Of a stretch of DNA of 64,000 nucleotides, positions 46,479-55,755 are shown in pieces. Origin of the DNA: Candidatus Omnitrophota bacterium (GTDB lineage: Bacteria > Omnitrophota > Gorgyraeia > Zapsychrales > Zapsychraceae); the NCBI GenBank assembly GCA_015233195.1, contig JADFYE010000002.1:26184-90183 (forward strand), read 5' to 3'. Below the pieces are notes generated by a model, which saw only the letters and a list, made by a program, of their open reading frames with translations, ran no database searches and had not been told where the DNA came from. A program made the position numbers and the translations under genes. Within the stretch, counting starts at the first letter, position 1. Each line of letters opens with the position of its first letter.

Positions 46479-48316
46479 TAGGTGTTCACCTCTTTGGGCG
46501 TGATGATAATAATCAATTCTTTTTTATTGTTCTGCCGTTTTTTGTATGAGAATAAATATTTAATGACCGGTATTGATCCTAAGATTGGCACTCCTTGACG
46601 TGAATCACTAACTGTGGTTGAGATCAAACCACCCAATATCAAACTTTGATTTTCTTTCACGCCCACGCTAGTAGTAATACTTTTTGAACTAATCTTTGGT
46701 ATCTGCAAAGTAACATCACCCGTTTTAATATCACTGATGCTATCTACAGTAGTCAGAGTCGCGGCAATATTTAAATATGTCTCTTTAGATTTACCGCCGA
46801 TCTTAGGAAAGATTAACATAGTCAATCCCTCATGAACTTGATTAGTCTTGACCAACGTACTTGAAACATTATCATTTAATACTTGACCATTCTCAGCAAT
46901 ATAGGAAAGGGTCTTTCCTTCCTGAATAATACTGCCAGCCATGTTTCGCGCAGTTATATGCGGACGAGATTTGACTTCAACTTTACCTATATCCTCTAAA
47001 GCTTTTAGTACCGCTGATATGCCTGATGATCCGGTACCACTGTCAGCATTAGAACCTATTCCCGTTAACTTCAATAACTGCCCGCCTACAAAACCTGACC
47101 CGGCAAAATTTGTGGCAACCGCCAGATTATTCAAACCCTTTAAATTCGCAGCCAAAGCTGTCCAATCCACTCCGCTTTCAAATTCGTTTTTTAATGTTAC
47201 TTCAACTATTTGAATTTCAAATGCTTGCTGCAAAGTCAAATTTCGATTTACCTCATCTATAAAAGCACCAACCCTATCCAATACGCCCGGAAGATCATTA
47301 ACCAACACTACTCCAGTGGTACGATTAACTGAATATGATCCGGTTTTTTCGCTGATAATAGTTTTCATATTTAATTCCAAATCATCCCACAACGACAATA
47401 ATTGAGTCTTGTTTTCCATCATAATTTTTGAACCAACATTAATACTTTGTCCGGTATTACTATTATTTTTCGACGTGGTATCACTGCTTGAAAATGATTC
47501 ATTAGAAGTTACATTATTGAAAGACTGCTCAATTGCAGGAATACTGATCTCATAAACTCGGGTTTCTTTTGACATCACAATTAAATCTTTGTTACTAATC
47601 TTAAAACCAAAAGATAATGGATATAGCAAAGATTTAAGCGCCCGCCAAATTTCAATATCTGAAACATTAATAGAAGCGCGCGCATTCTCAACATCTTTAC
47701 TCATGATAATGTTATAACCAGTTGCCTGCGCTATAGTACCCAGATAAATCTTTAACGGTAAGTTATCCCCCTTTAAAGTTATTAACTGATCCATTTCTTT
47801 AGGCAAATCTTTTTCAGTTATTTTATCCTGCGGATTTATAACTTGGTTGCTACTTTCCCCGATCTTTGTGGATCCATTACCAAGGTTCTCAATACGATTT
47901 TTATTCGCCACTAAAATATCCGGAGGATTATTATTCACAAAATCAATAACAGTATCTTGCCCGATAATTTTTTTGCCCGCATCCTCAATAAAAACTTTAG
48001 TGTGCGCATCCTTCTCATTAACCTGAAACTTTAATACATAAATCTCTCCTTTTTCACCATAAACCCTACAATCTGCTGGCTTCTCTATATATGGCACAAT
48101 AGTCAAAATATTCGGCTTATCATGCATCACGTCATAATTGCGCATATTTTCCGAACGCATTACTTTAACTATTCTTTCAGGAAAAACAATTGAGGTAAGC
48201 TTACGTGGATAAACATTAATGTTTATTTCTTCACCTTTATAATCAACATTAAGAATTGCAGCAAAACTAGATGTAGTAAAAATCAAAACAAGGATAACAA
48301 TTAAAAATTTTTTCAT
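46478..48316 (-). CDS. Outer-membrane secretin (GspD/PilQ family)
   Basis: 612 aa with a signal peptide and a C-terminal secretin domain ending SRQGVPILGSIPVIKYLF..ELIIIITPKEV. Confidence 0.88.
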   Translation of the reverse strand: MKKFLIVILVLIFTTSSFAAILNVDYKGEEININVYPRKLTSIVFPERIVKVMRSENMRNYDVMHDKPNILTIVPYIEKPADCRVYGEKGEIYVLKFQVNEKDAHTKVFIEDAGKKIIGQDTVIDFVNNNPPDILVANKNRIENLGNGSTKIGESSNQVINPQDKITEKDLPKEMDQLITLKGDNLPLKIYLGTIAQATGYNIIMSKDVENARASINVSDIEIWRALKSLLYPLSFGFKISNKDLIVMSKETRVYEISIPAIEQSFNNVTSNESFSSSDTTSKNNSNTGQSINVGSKIMMENKTQLLSLWDDLELNMKTIISEKTGSYSVNRTTGVVLVNDLPGVLDRVGAFIDEVNRNLTLQQAFEIQIVEVTLKNEFESGVDWTALAANLKGLNNLAVATNFAGSGFVGGQLLKLTGIGSNADSGTGSSGISAVLKALEDIGKVEVKSRPHITARNMAGSIIQEGKTLSYIAENGQVLNDNVSSTLVKTNQVHEGLTMLIFPKIGGKSKETYLNIAATLTTVDSISDIKTGDVTLQIPKISSKSITTSVGVKENQSLILGGLISTTVSDSRQGVPILGSIPVIKYLFSYKKRQNNKKELIIIITPKEVNT

Positions 48317-48444
48317 ACATGCCCTCTTAAGGTTTAGAAGATAAACCTAAGGGAATAACGCTTCACGAGCAGGGACTCGTTTAAAGCTATGGGGTCTTTG
48401 AAAGGGTATTTGTTTTATTTACAATTTATTTAACTGATATGCAA

Positions 48445-48473
48445 AGTATATCTGATGGATTTTTAAAATGCAA
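48445..48473 (-). promoter_or_regulatory. Sigma-70-type promoter candidate for the secretin-led array
   Basis: Minus strand reads TTGCAT, 17 nt, TATACT, about 130 nt upstream of the secretin ATG. Chance matches are likely in AT-rich DNA. Confidence 0.3.
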
Positions 48474-48510
48474 GTATTATTTTTTAACGTATATTTATTT
48501 GGAAAAATTA

Positions 48511-49488
48511 TTACCGGTTGCAAATAAATATTGCTCTTTGCGGGGCAGGGTATCCTTCGACGGTAAGGTCAGGATTGTTGGGGTCAAGGTAATCCATTAA
48601 AGACTGTTGTGTAGTCCAGGCAGTAAGATGTTGTTCTTCTTTTGTGGTGCGGCTTACATTTATCACTCTTATATTTTTAAAACCGGTTTTAACTAACCAG
48701 TATTCTAACGTATCGATTGAAGGAATAAACCAAACGTTTGACATTTGGGCATAGCGTCCAATAGGCGCAAGCACCTCTCCCTTTTTTCCTTCTATAATTA
48801 GTGTTTCCAATACTAGTTCGCCTTTATCAGCCAACAACTCAAACAATTGGGTTAAATGGTCTAATGGTGATTTGCGATGATATAACAGCCCCATTGAAAA
48901 TATAGTATCAAAACCATCGTTACATTTTGGAATATCATCAACGCCCAAAGGGAACACTATCGTGGACGGACTTTGAATATATTTTTGTAAAACCAAAAAT
49001 TGCATAACTGAAATCATCATCGGCTCAATGCCAATACATAGTTTCGCGCCGCAGCCTTCCATGCGCCACAAATGGTATCCGCTGCCGCATCCCACGTCCA
49101 GCACCAGACGATTTTGTAATGGCTTAATATGATTTTTTAATCTCTCCCACTTAAGATCCGAACGCCATTCTGTATCAATATCTATACCGAAAATATTGAA
49201 CGGTCCTTTTTTCCATGGCTTTAATACCCGCAGATTATCTTCTAATTTTTTTCGGAAATCGTCTGAAATATCATGTCGCTTACCCACACCTACCGAATCA
49301 GAATTAAGATCAACCAGTGAAGGTTTTATATCAGGCAAGCTTGATAAGACTTTCAGCCACTTATCTATATCTCCACGGTCAGATTTAGCAATAACATTAT
49401 TGCTTTTCTCGACCAAGTCCTGAACAAGCGCCGATATGCGCGTGGAATTAGAAACGGGTAATATATTATTAAATTTTAAATTTTGCAT
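48511..49488 (-). CDS. cmoB: tRNA U34 carboxymethyltransferase
   Basis: 325 aa with LKPWKKGPFNIFGIDIDTEWRSDLKWERL and SAM motif VLDVGCGSGYH. Confidence 0.9.
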   Translation of the reverse strand: MQNLKFNNILPVSNSTRISALVQDLVEKSNNVIAKSDRGDIDKWLKVLSSLPDIKPSLVDLNSDSVGVGKRHDISDDFRKKLEDNLRVLKPWKKGPFNIFGIDIDTEWRSDLKWERLKNHIKPLQNRLVLDVGCGSGYHLWRMEGCGAKLCIGIEPMMISVMQFLVLQKYIQSPSTIVFPLGVDDIPKCNDGFDTIFSMGLLYHRKSPLDHLTQLFELLADKGELVLETLIIEGKKGEVLAPIGRYAQMSNVWFIPSIDTLEYWLVKTGFKNIRVINVSRTTKEEQHLTAWTTQQSLMDYLDPNNPDLTVEGYPAPQRAIFICNR

Positions 49489-49494
49489 AATTTT

Positions 49495-50217
49495 TCACTT
49501 AAACGCTACTATCGAGACGAAATTAAAACATTGGAACCACACAAAAGCTTGTTGAAACCCCGCAACTTTTAATCTTTTAAAATGTTCTTCCAACGTATCC
49601 GGAATTAAAACCTCCTCCAATGCTGTACGTTTTTGACTTATTTCCAAATCGCTATACCCATTCATTTTTTTGTACGCGTAATATAGTTCAGTCTGCGCCT
49701 TATCTTCAACCGGATCATTAAATTTTATTTTTTCAGATATAATAAAAATCCCACCAGGTAAAATACCATCGTGAATTTTTTGTATCACCTTTAATCGGTC
49801 AACCGGAGCAATAAACTGCAAAGTAAAATTCATGACAACCATCGACGCATTTTCAACTTTTATATCTCTAAGATCAGCACACAAAACCTCTACTGGTACT
49901 AACCCTGCATCTGCCTTAATATTTTTTTTACATTGTTCAACCATGGCATAAGAATTATCAACTGCTATTATCTTACAATCTGAATGTTTAATGTTCTTAC
50001 GCATTGATAAAGTGCAAGCGCCAGTCGAGCAACCTAAATCATATATCAATGTGTTAGGTTTAACATACTGTTCTGCCAATATCCCAATGAGTCCAATAAT
50101 GGGCGCGTAACCCGGCACAGACCGCCGGATCATGTCATCAAAAACTTTTACCACTTTATCATCGAATACAAACGGCTCTACTTTATTCATAGATTTTGAA
50201 AAAATATCGTCTTTCAT
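49495..50217 (-). CDS. cmoA: Carboxy-S-adenosyl-L-methionine synthase
   Basis: 240 aa with FVFDDKVVKVFDDMIRRSVPGY and YDLGCSTG. Adjacent to cmoB. Confidence 0.9.
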   Translation of the reverse strand: MKDDIFSKSMNKVEPFVFDDKVVKVFDDMIRRSVPGYAPIIGLIGILAEQYVKPNTLIYDLGCSTGACTLSMRKNIKHSDCKIIAVDNSYAMVEQCKKNIKADAGLVPVEVLCADLRDIKVENASMVVMNFTLQFIAPVDRLKVIQKIHDGILPGGIFIISEKIKFNDPVEDKAQTELYYAYKKMNGYSDLEISQKRTALEEVLIPDTLEEHFKRLKVAGFQQAFVWFQCFNFVSIVAFK

Positions 50218-50286
50218 AAAATTCCCTTCAAAATAATTGCTTATAAAATTTAGACGAATACAATACTTATACTATAGAGTGATATT

Positions 50287-50697
50287 ATGAAAAATCAAAA
50301 AGAAACTCTTATTCAAATATTTATTATTCTTACTATTACCCTGACCGGTTTTAATTTAATAACTTCAGCGGCGGATATATACACTCGTAGTAAAAACGCA
50401 CCTTATATTTTCTATGGTGAATCTTTTATTCCTTTACGTGCCACCTTACAAAACGAATCCCGTATCGGCTATGTTACAGATCAGGATATTACTTCTATAG
50501 CGCCTCTACAACGTTTTTTACAAATACAATATGCTTTAGCTCCCACAATATTGGATACCAAAAATTTAAACCAGCATTACATACTTTTAAATTGTTCTGA
50601 TGAAAAAATATCGATAGAAATAATAAAAAAATTTCATTTAAAACCATTAAAACGTAATTCTTTCGGCGTCATACTAGCAGAGAACACTGGACACTGA
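50287..50697 (+). CDS. Hypothetical membrane-anchored protein
   Basis: 136 aa with an N-terminal TM. Lies 1 nt upstream of the next gene. Confidence 0.45.
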   Translation: MKNQKETLIQIFIILTITLTGFNLITSAADIYTRSKNAPYIFYGESFIPLRATLQNESRIGYVTDQDITSIAPLQRFLQIQYALAPTILDTKNLNQHYILLNCSDEKISIEIIKKFHLKPLKRNSFGVILAENTGH

Positions 50698-50698
50698 T

Positions 50699-52045
50699 AT
50701 GTTATATATATTCGGTTACTTACTCTCATTTTGTAATGGTCTGTTAATCTTTAACTTGATAACAACCAAAACATCGATTCACCCTCTACTAAAATTCATC
50801 TTCAGTTTTGGGCTAGGCATGATAATAAGCGCCCATATTATTTTTTACACCCTCGTAGTTTTCGGACAGCTTATACCTTTCTTTTTAATCTTAATCAATC
50901 TAAGTATTTTAAGCTATCTACTATATCAACAAAAACAAACCCCAAAAACATTGTTAGCCTGGGGAATTCCAAACGATACGATTTTAAACATAAATTTATC
51001 AATCTTCATCCTCGTCCTAGCAACGCTTTTACTAAAAGCATCATTATTTCCTTATGGAGGATGGGATGCTTGGGCTATATGGAATTTAAAAGCCCGTTTT
51101 ATATTCTTAGGGGCTGATCAATGGAAAAACATGTTAGATCCAGTATTGATGCACACCAATAACCACTACCCATTCTTATTACCGCTTATGAATGCATGGA
51201 TATGGTGTTTTGGAAATACTGCTTCACATTGGGTGCCGTTAACCACATCCGTAATCTTTGCTCTACTGCTGCCAATGCTATTAGGTCTTTCCCTATATAT
51301 TACGACCAAACATAAATTTTCATTTATACCTGCTTTTTTAATGGCTTTTTTGCCTTTGTACCAATTATTATCTATAAGCCAATACGCGGATTTATTAGTC
51401 GCCTTTTATCTTCTTTGCATATTCACTTGTTTTCATATGGCAAATGAACAAAAATCACCATCACTATTCTTTTTAACCGGAATTTTTTGTGGGTCTATAA
51501 GTTTTATAAAAGATGAAGGTCTAGTATCTTCTATTCTTATTGCTGTGCTGATAACATTCAGTATTTTTACAAATAAAAATATAACCAATGAAAAAAATAA
51601 AATATTAAAAAATTTTATTTTAGGATCAGGCTTAGCCCTGATTCCAGCAGTATTTTTTAATATATTCATCCGCCCAGAAAATTTACGCTTTATCAATGGT
51701 TTAACTTCAACCTCCGACCCAACCTCCTGGCAAAGGCTATTATTTACTATAGCCGCTTATTTCATTGAAATACTTAAACTTAATTGGCAAGGATTGTGGT
51801 TCATAATTTTGGGAGGAATACTGCTTAGTTTTAAAACCTTGTACAAAACTAACACGCAAAAATTAATTATAAATTTTTTAATCTGTTATTTAACCATTAT
51901 TACCATTAATTATTTCATCAATACCCACTACCCAATATCTTTTTGGATTAATACTTCTTTAAACCGTATACTGATGACTTTAGTACCCACTTTACTTTTC
52001 ATGACATTTTATAGTATTTTTTTAAGCCAAAATAAAAAGGGATAG
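50699..52045 (+). CDS. Polytopic membrane protein, GT-C-like (function inferred only)
   Basis: 448 aa with at least 10 TM helices and the loop motif PYGGWDAWAIWNLKARF. Confidence 0.4.
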   Translation: MLYIFGYLLSFCNGLLIFNLITTKTSIHPLLKFIFSFGLGMIISAHIIFYTLVVFGQLIPFFLILINLSILSYLLYQQKQTPKTLLAWGIPNDTILNINLSIFILVLATLLLKASLFPYGGWDAWAIWNLKARFIFLGADQWKNMLDPVLMHTNNHYPFLLPLMNAWIWCFGNTASHWVPLTTSVIFALLLPMLLGLSLYITTKHKFSFIPAFLMAFLPLYQLLSISQYADLLVAFYLLCIFTCFHMANEQKSPSLFFLTGIFCGSISFIKDEGLVSSILIAVLITFSIFTNKNITNEKNKILKNFILGSGLALIPAVFFNIFIRPENLRFINGLTSTSDPTSWQRLLFTIAAYFIEILKLNWQGLWFIILGGILLSFKTLYKTNTQKLIINFLICYLTIITINYFINTHYPISFWINTSLNRILMTLVPTLLFMTFYSIFLSQNKKG

Positions 52046-52068
52046 AATTAATCTATCCCTTTTATTTT
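52036..52068. terminator. Bidirectional rho-independent terminator between convergent genes
   Basis: aaagggatag-aattaat-ctatcccttt (10-bp perfect stem), flanked by an A-run upstream and tttattttg downstream. The stop codon of the plus-strand gene lies in the stem. Confidence 0.6.
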
Positions 52069-52088
52069 GACAATCAATAAAACCAAAC

Positions 52089-52601
52089 TTAAGAATTTTT
52101 TCTACGTAAACCGAATAAGCCTAATAAACCAGTTGATAACAAAGCCATTGTTGCCGGCTCAGGAACCACTGGATTGCCACCAGGCATATCAATATAAGCG
52201 TATCTTGATGACAGATCAGGAATATACATTGGCAAACCTGCTGCAGTATATACAGTCCCATTGTCATCTATAGAGAAGTCATACAAATATCCGGAATCTC
52301 TTGACCAATTATCTTGAACTAAAAGAAACCATCTGTGTCCAGCAACGAATGAATTTGAAGAAATATCAATTGAACCTGCTGTTTCAGAAAAATTACTATT
52401 ACCTGTAAAAGCTACTTGCTGTGACCATACAGCATTTGTTCCATCATAAGCTGTTTGTCCATCAGCTAACGAACCAACAATAATAGCATAATCATCATTG
52501 TAAGATCCTTGAACATTCCATGAAAGCGAAATGCTTGCATATGCTTGTGTAGCAGCAAAAATACTAACTGCCATTAATGCGGTTAAAAATAATTTCTTCA
52601 T
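52089..52601 (-). CDS. PEP-CTERM sorting-domain secreted protein
   Basis: 170 aa with signal peptide MKKLFLTALMAVSIFAATQAYA and C-terminus VPEPATMALLSTGLLGLFGLRRKNS (PEP motif, TM, basic tail). Confidence 0.85.
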   Translation of the reverse strand: MKKLFLTALMAVSIFAATQAYASISLSWNVQGSYNDDYAIIVGSLADGQTAYDGTNAVWSQQVAFTGNSNFSETAGSIDISSNSFVAGHRWFLLVQDNWSRDSGYLYDFSIDDNGTVYTAAGLPMYIPDLSSRYAYIDMPGGNPVVPEPATMALLSTGLLGLFGLRRKNS

Positions 52602-52843
52602 TTTTTTCTCCTTGTTATTAAATAATTATTAAATTTGTTAAATAGGTTCATCTTTAATAGGGTATAAAAATAACAGATGAAACCCATTTTGTCAATATGA
52701 CACGTTGGGACATTTTATTAAAGCGGAATCATCTCCAATAACACATGTTATTGAAAAATAATGACTTATGAATCAAATAAAAAAGTAAACCTTTGTCCTA
52801 TACATATTTTTTTGAAATTATTCCTTAAAAAATCCTGCTGGCA

Positions 52844-54091
52844 TTAAAAAATGAATTTTTTTGAAAAAACCAATGCGGAGTTTATAAGAGAAGCCAAACA
52901 AAATAAAACATAATAAGAAATCAAAATACTGCCTAAATATTTAACTTTACGCATATCAAAAAGCGTTTTAACTAATACAGCAAACACTAACGGAGCAAAA
53001 AATAAAGTGATCCGTTCTCCAGTAAAAGGATATTTTTTAAAAATACCGAAAAAGAATAATTCAACAAATATTACCAAGGCTATAAGAAAAATCGAACCCA
53101 GATTTCCTTTTTTATCTTTCCAGTCTTTAATACCACTATAAAATAGCCCTAAAATGAATACTGGAATTAGCGGCGTACCTAAACGAATAAATAATTTTGT
53201 ATCTCCAAACCAAAAAGTTACTAATTTACGAATACCGTCAAACAAAGTCGCCCCAAAGCATTGTAAAGAAGTAGAACAAATAAAATAACTATCCCAATAA
53301 TCATAAGTCGCCTGTATATTAAGTGAAAAACGCAGATCAATAAAATAAAAAAATAAAAAACACGCCCCGGAGGCAAGCAAACTCAAACTGAACCACTTAA
53401 ACCATTTTCGATCTTGCATTCCCATTAAAAAATATTGAACCGGCACTAACCAAAAAACAAAAAAAGCTCCATAAGAAACAAATAACCATAACGGTATCAA
53501 ACAAGTAAACAACAACGCTTTTTGCTTACTAAAAACCACAGCTTTATTTATCAAGACTTCACCCAAATATAACAAGAAATAACAAATAGTTCCGCAAGCC
53601 AGCACATCCACCGCATAAGGTTTCAATTCCGACGCATAATAAACAAACCGAAAACTAGCCACAAAAGATAATACCGACAATAATATCATGCCCGGGTGCT
53701 TTAAACGTTTAAACACCGCGACCCACACCCAAAATGCTGATAACATCATAACAAAAGAAATAAACCTCAAAGCCCAAACGTTTTGATTAAAAAATGAAGA
53801 AATAAATTTAACGATTACTAACTGTATTCGAGGAAACAACTGCGGTTCCACATACCGCCCAAATATCGCTTTGTATCCGGGCATGTTAATATTTTTTAAA
53901 ACCATTTCCTCATCGCCCCACAACGGTCGAGCGGAAAAATAATGTAAACCAGTCAACAACACAAAAACTACAAATAATATATTATAAATAGGGACAGACG
54001 CTATTTTTTTATAAATTAAATAAATATTATTTAAAAAATAGCGTCTGTCCCTATTTATCTTTGAACTGTTATCGTTTATCTCCATCCCCAC
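52844..54091 (-). CDS. Polytopic membrane protein, GT-C-like (function inferred only)
   Basis: 415 aa with about 11 TM helices and an early loop LWGDEEMV, as in ArnT/PMT-like families. Confidence 0.4.
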   Translation of the reverse strand: MGMEINDNSSKINRDRRYFLNNIYLIYKKIASVPIYNILFVVFVLLTGLHYFSARPLWGDEEMVLKNINMPGYKAIFGRYVEPQLFPRIQLVIVKFISSFFNQNVWALRFISFVMMLSAFWVWVAVFKRLKHPGMILLSVLSFVASFRFVYYASELKPYAVDVLACGTICYFLLYLGEVLINKAVVFSKQKALLFTCLIPLWLFVSYGAFFVFWLVPVQYFLMGMQDRKWFKWFSLSLLASGACFLFFYFIDLRFSLNIQATYDYWDSYFICSTSLQCFGATLFDGIRKLVTFWFGDTKLFIRLGTPLIPVFILGLFYSGIKDWKDKKGNLGSIFLIALVIFVELFFFGIFKKYPFTGERITLFFAPLVFAVLVKTLFDMRKVKYLGSILISYYVLFCLASLINSALVFSKKFIF

Positions 54092-54383
54092 GAATTTTTC
54101 CTTCCGCGAAACGCTTAGCTAATTTTTCATTATTAAACTTACCAACTTCTTCCAGGGTCAAACCTAATTCATGCGCGCAGACCGAAACATAATAAAGAAC
54201 ATCGCCTAACTCTCCAATAGACCGCTTCTTTAATTCTTCTACATCAAAATCACCGCGTAAATATTTCTTTGCACCCTCGGATAATTCACCAGCTTCACCA
54301 CAAACCCCTAAAAAAGACCTGATCAATTTTTCCCCGCCGATCCAAGTATTCAAACATTTTTTCTGATATTCATTTAATTCCAT
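54069..54383 (-). CDS. MazG-like nucleotide pyrophosphohydrolase (small all-alpha type)
   Basis: 104 aa with the EAGE..E..GD motif pattern (GVCGEAGELSE .. IGELGDVLYY). Confidence 0.7.
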   Translation of the reverse strand: MELNEYQKKCLNTWIGGEKLIRSFLGVCGEAGELSEGAKKYLRGDFDVEELKKRSIGELGDVLYYVSVCAHELGLTLEEVGKFNNEKLAKRFAEGKIRGDGDKR

Positions 54384-54413
54384 AAACCCTCGCTTAATTT
54401 ATTATTGGTAAGA

Positions 54414-54800
54414 CTAACTTAATTTATTGCGGATCTTGCGTATCAACTCGTCTGGAAAAACCGGTTTTACAATATAATCATCACAACCGCCATTAAACGC
54501 ATCTAAAAAAGGTTCCCTATAAGCCGTGACCATAATAATTGAAATACCTTTGCCTACACCTACTCCTTTCCTTTCCTCATCCGACCTTATACGGTTCAAA
54601 ACTTCAATCCCATCCATTTCCGGCATAGCTATATCTAAAAGTATCATGTCATATTTACGCACCGCCCCTAAAGACGCTTTATATATTTCTAAAGCTTTTT
54701 TCCCATTCATAGCCACATCGCACTCAGCTATGCCTGCCAATATTTCACAAATAAGATCACAATTATTCTGGTTATCATCAACTACTAAAATTTTCCACAT
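54414..54800 (-). CDS. Stand-alone response regulator receiver domain
   Basis: 128 aa with ILVVDDN, MILLDIAMPEMDG, MVTAY, and VKP. Confidence 0.85.
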   Translation of the reverse strand: MWKILVVDDNQNNCDLICEILAGIAECDVAMNGKKALEIYKASLGAVRKYDMILLDIAMPEMDGIEVLNRIRSDEERKGVGVGKGISIIMVTAYREPFLDAFNGGCDDYIVKPVFPDELIRKIRNKLS

Positions 54801-54889
54801 AAAACCTCCCCATTAATTTAAGTATTACATAGAATAATTATTTTGGCTAGAACTTTATGGGGAGTTATAACATGTTGAATTCGGAAGGC

Positions 54890-55303
54890 TTACGTTATAA
54901 TAGAAATATTTTTAATCAAAAAACACAGCACTTTTTTTTCTTCTATTAAAATTACAGGATCAATACCCGACACTATTGCATCATAAAAATTATTTACAAA
55001 TATTAAAAATTGTTCGAGTATCTTTCTGAAGTCCGGATCAATCGGCGAGTTACGCTCTTCGTAAATTTGAAGCGCATTCTGAAGAAAAACAAAGATATCA
55101 CAAAACTCATTAAACTCATGTGCAAGCATTAATTCATGCAAAGCATAAGCACAAATGATAAATTCTTTTAATACTGCTGTATCCGCAGTATCCTTATCAA
55201 TGCGCGCCAATAATCCCTGAGCATGGGATAATATAGCTGTTAATTCTGTGGCAATATACTGAGATTCTATTTCAAAACCCCCTATACAAACTGTACCCCG
55301 CAT
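54890..55303 (-). CDS. Hypothetical helical protein
   Basis: 137-aa ORF that overlaps the PilZ gene stop. No family recognised. Confidence 0.4.
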   Translation of the reverse strand: MRGTVCIGGFEIESQYIATELTAILSHAQGLLARIDKDTADTAVLKEFIICAYALHELMLAHEFNEFCDIFVFLQNALQIYEERNSPIDPDFRKILEQFLIFVNNFYDAIVSGIDPVILIEEKKVLCFLIKNISIIT

Positions 55304-55755
55304 TGATACCTAGTATCATCCATCTTTTGCGTCCATTTCACAATTCCCGTCTTACGCATACTTTGATCTTTATCCAACATATCTATCCACATATTAAATT
55401 TACTTCCTGCATTAATATCTCCTGCAGTATCAACTAACAAACGCATCCCAAATAAAGAAACATCCAAACACTTAGCCTCAGCAGTATCTCCGGATAATGT
55501 TTCCTGAACTTTTACTGCACCTAAAGAATTTTCCCTGGTCGCAATACGTTTTTCCTGCTCCGAAGGATGAATAGAATCTATCATATCTTTATAAGTACAA
55601 TACAATTTAGCCTGACCATGACAAAGATCTTTAAGCCGTTCAAATAAGCGTTCCTCAGATACATTCATCATAAGACGATGTAAAGAAAAAACCGCTTCAA
55701 TCTGTTTTTGAATTGCAGCGCGCAAAGACTGGTTATATTCCTCTTTAATAAACAT
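55282..55755 (-). CDS. PilZ-domain (c-di-GMP binding) protein with N-terminal helical extension
   Basis: RxxxR (RIATR) followed about 25 aa later by DxSxxG (DVSLFG), then a beta-barrel-like C-terminus. Confidence 0.6.
   Translation of the reverse strand: MFIKEEYNQSLRAAIQKQIEAVFSLHRLMMNVSEERLFERLKDLCHGQAKLYCTYKDMIDSIHPSEQEKRIATRENSLGAVKVQETLSGDTAEAKCLDVSLFGMRLLVDTAGDINAGSKFNMWIDMLDKDQSMRKTGIVKWTQKMDDTRYQCGVQFV

Noticed and set aside
513-48316. Idea that the T4SS/T4P array is an integrative conjugative element inserted at the tRNA-Arg gene.
   Set aside because: The tRNA is about 29 kb from the nearest T4SS gene, with core genes (ppdK, glyQS, mla) in between. No integrase, relaxase, T4CP or direct repeat of the tRNA 3' end was seen. 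This cannot be fully excluded without the rest of the genome.
54806-54864. 8-bp inverted repeat (ctccccat / atggggag) that could pair the SD of the 54414-54800 response regulator with an upstream segment.
   Set aside because: The arms are short and separated by a ~43-nt AT-rich loop, so the predicted stability is low and it is probably a chance match.
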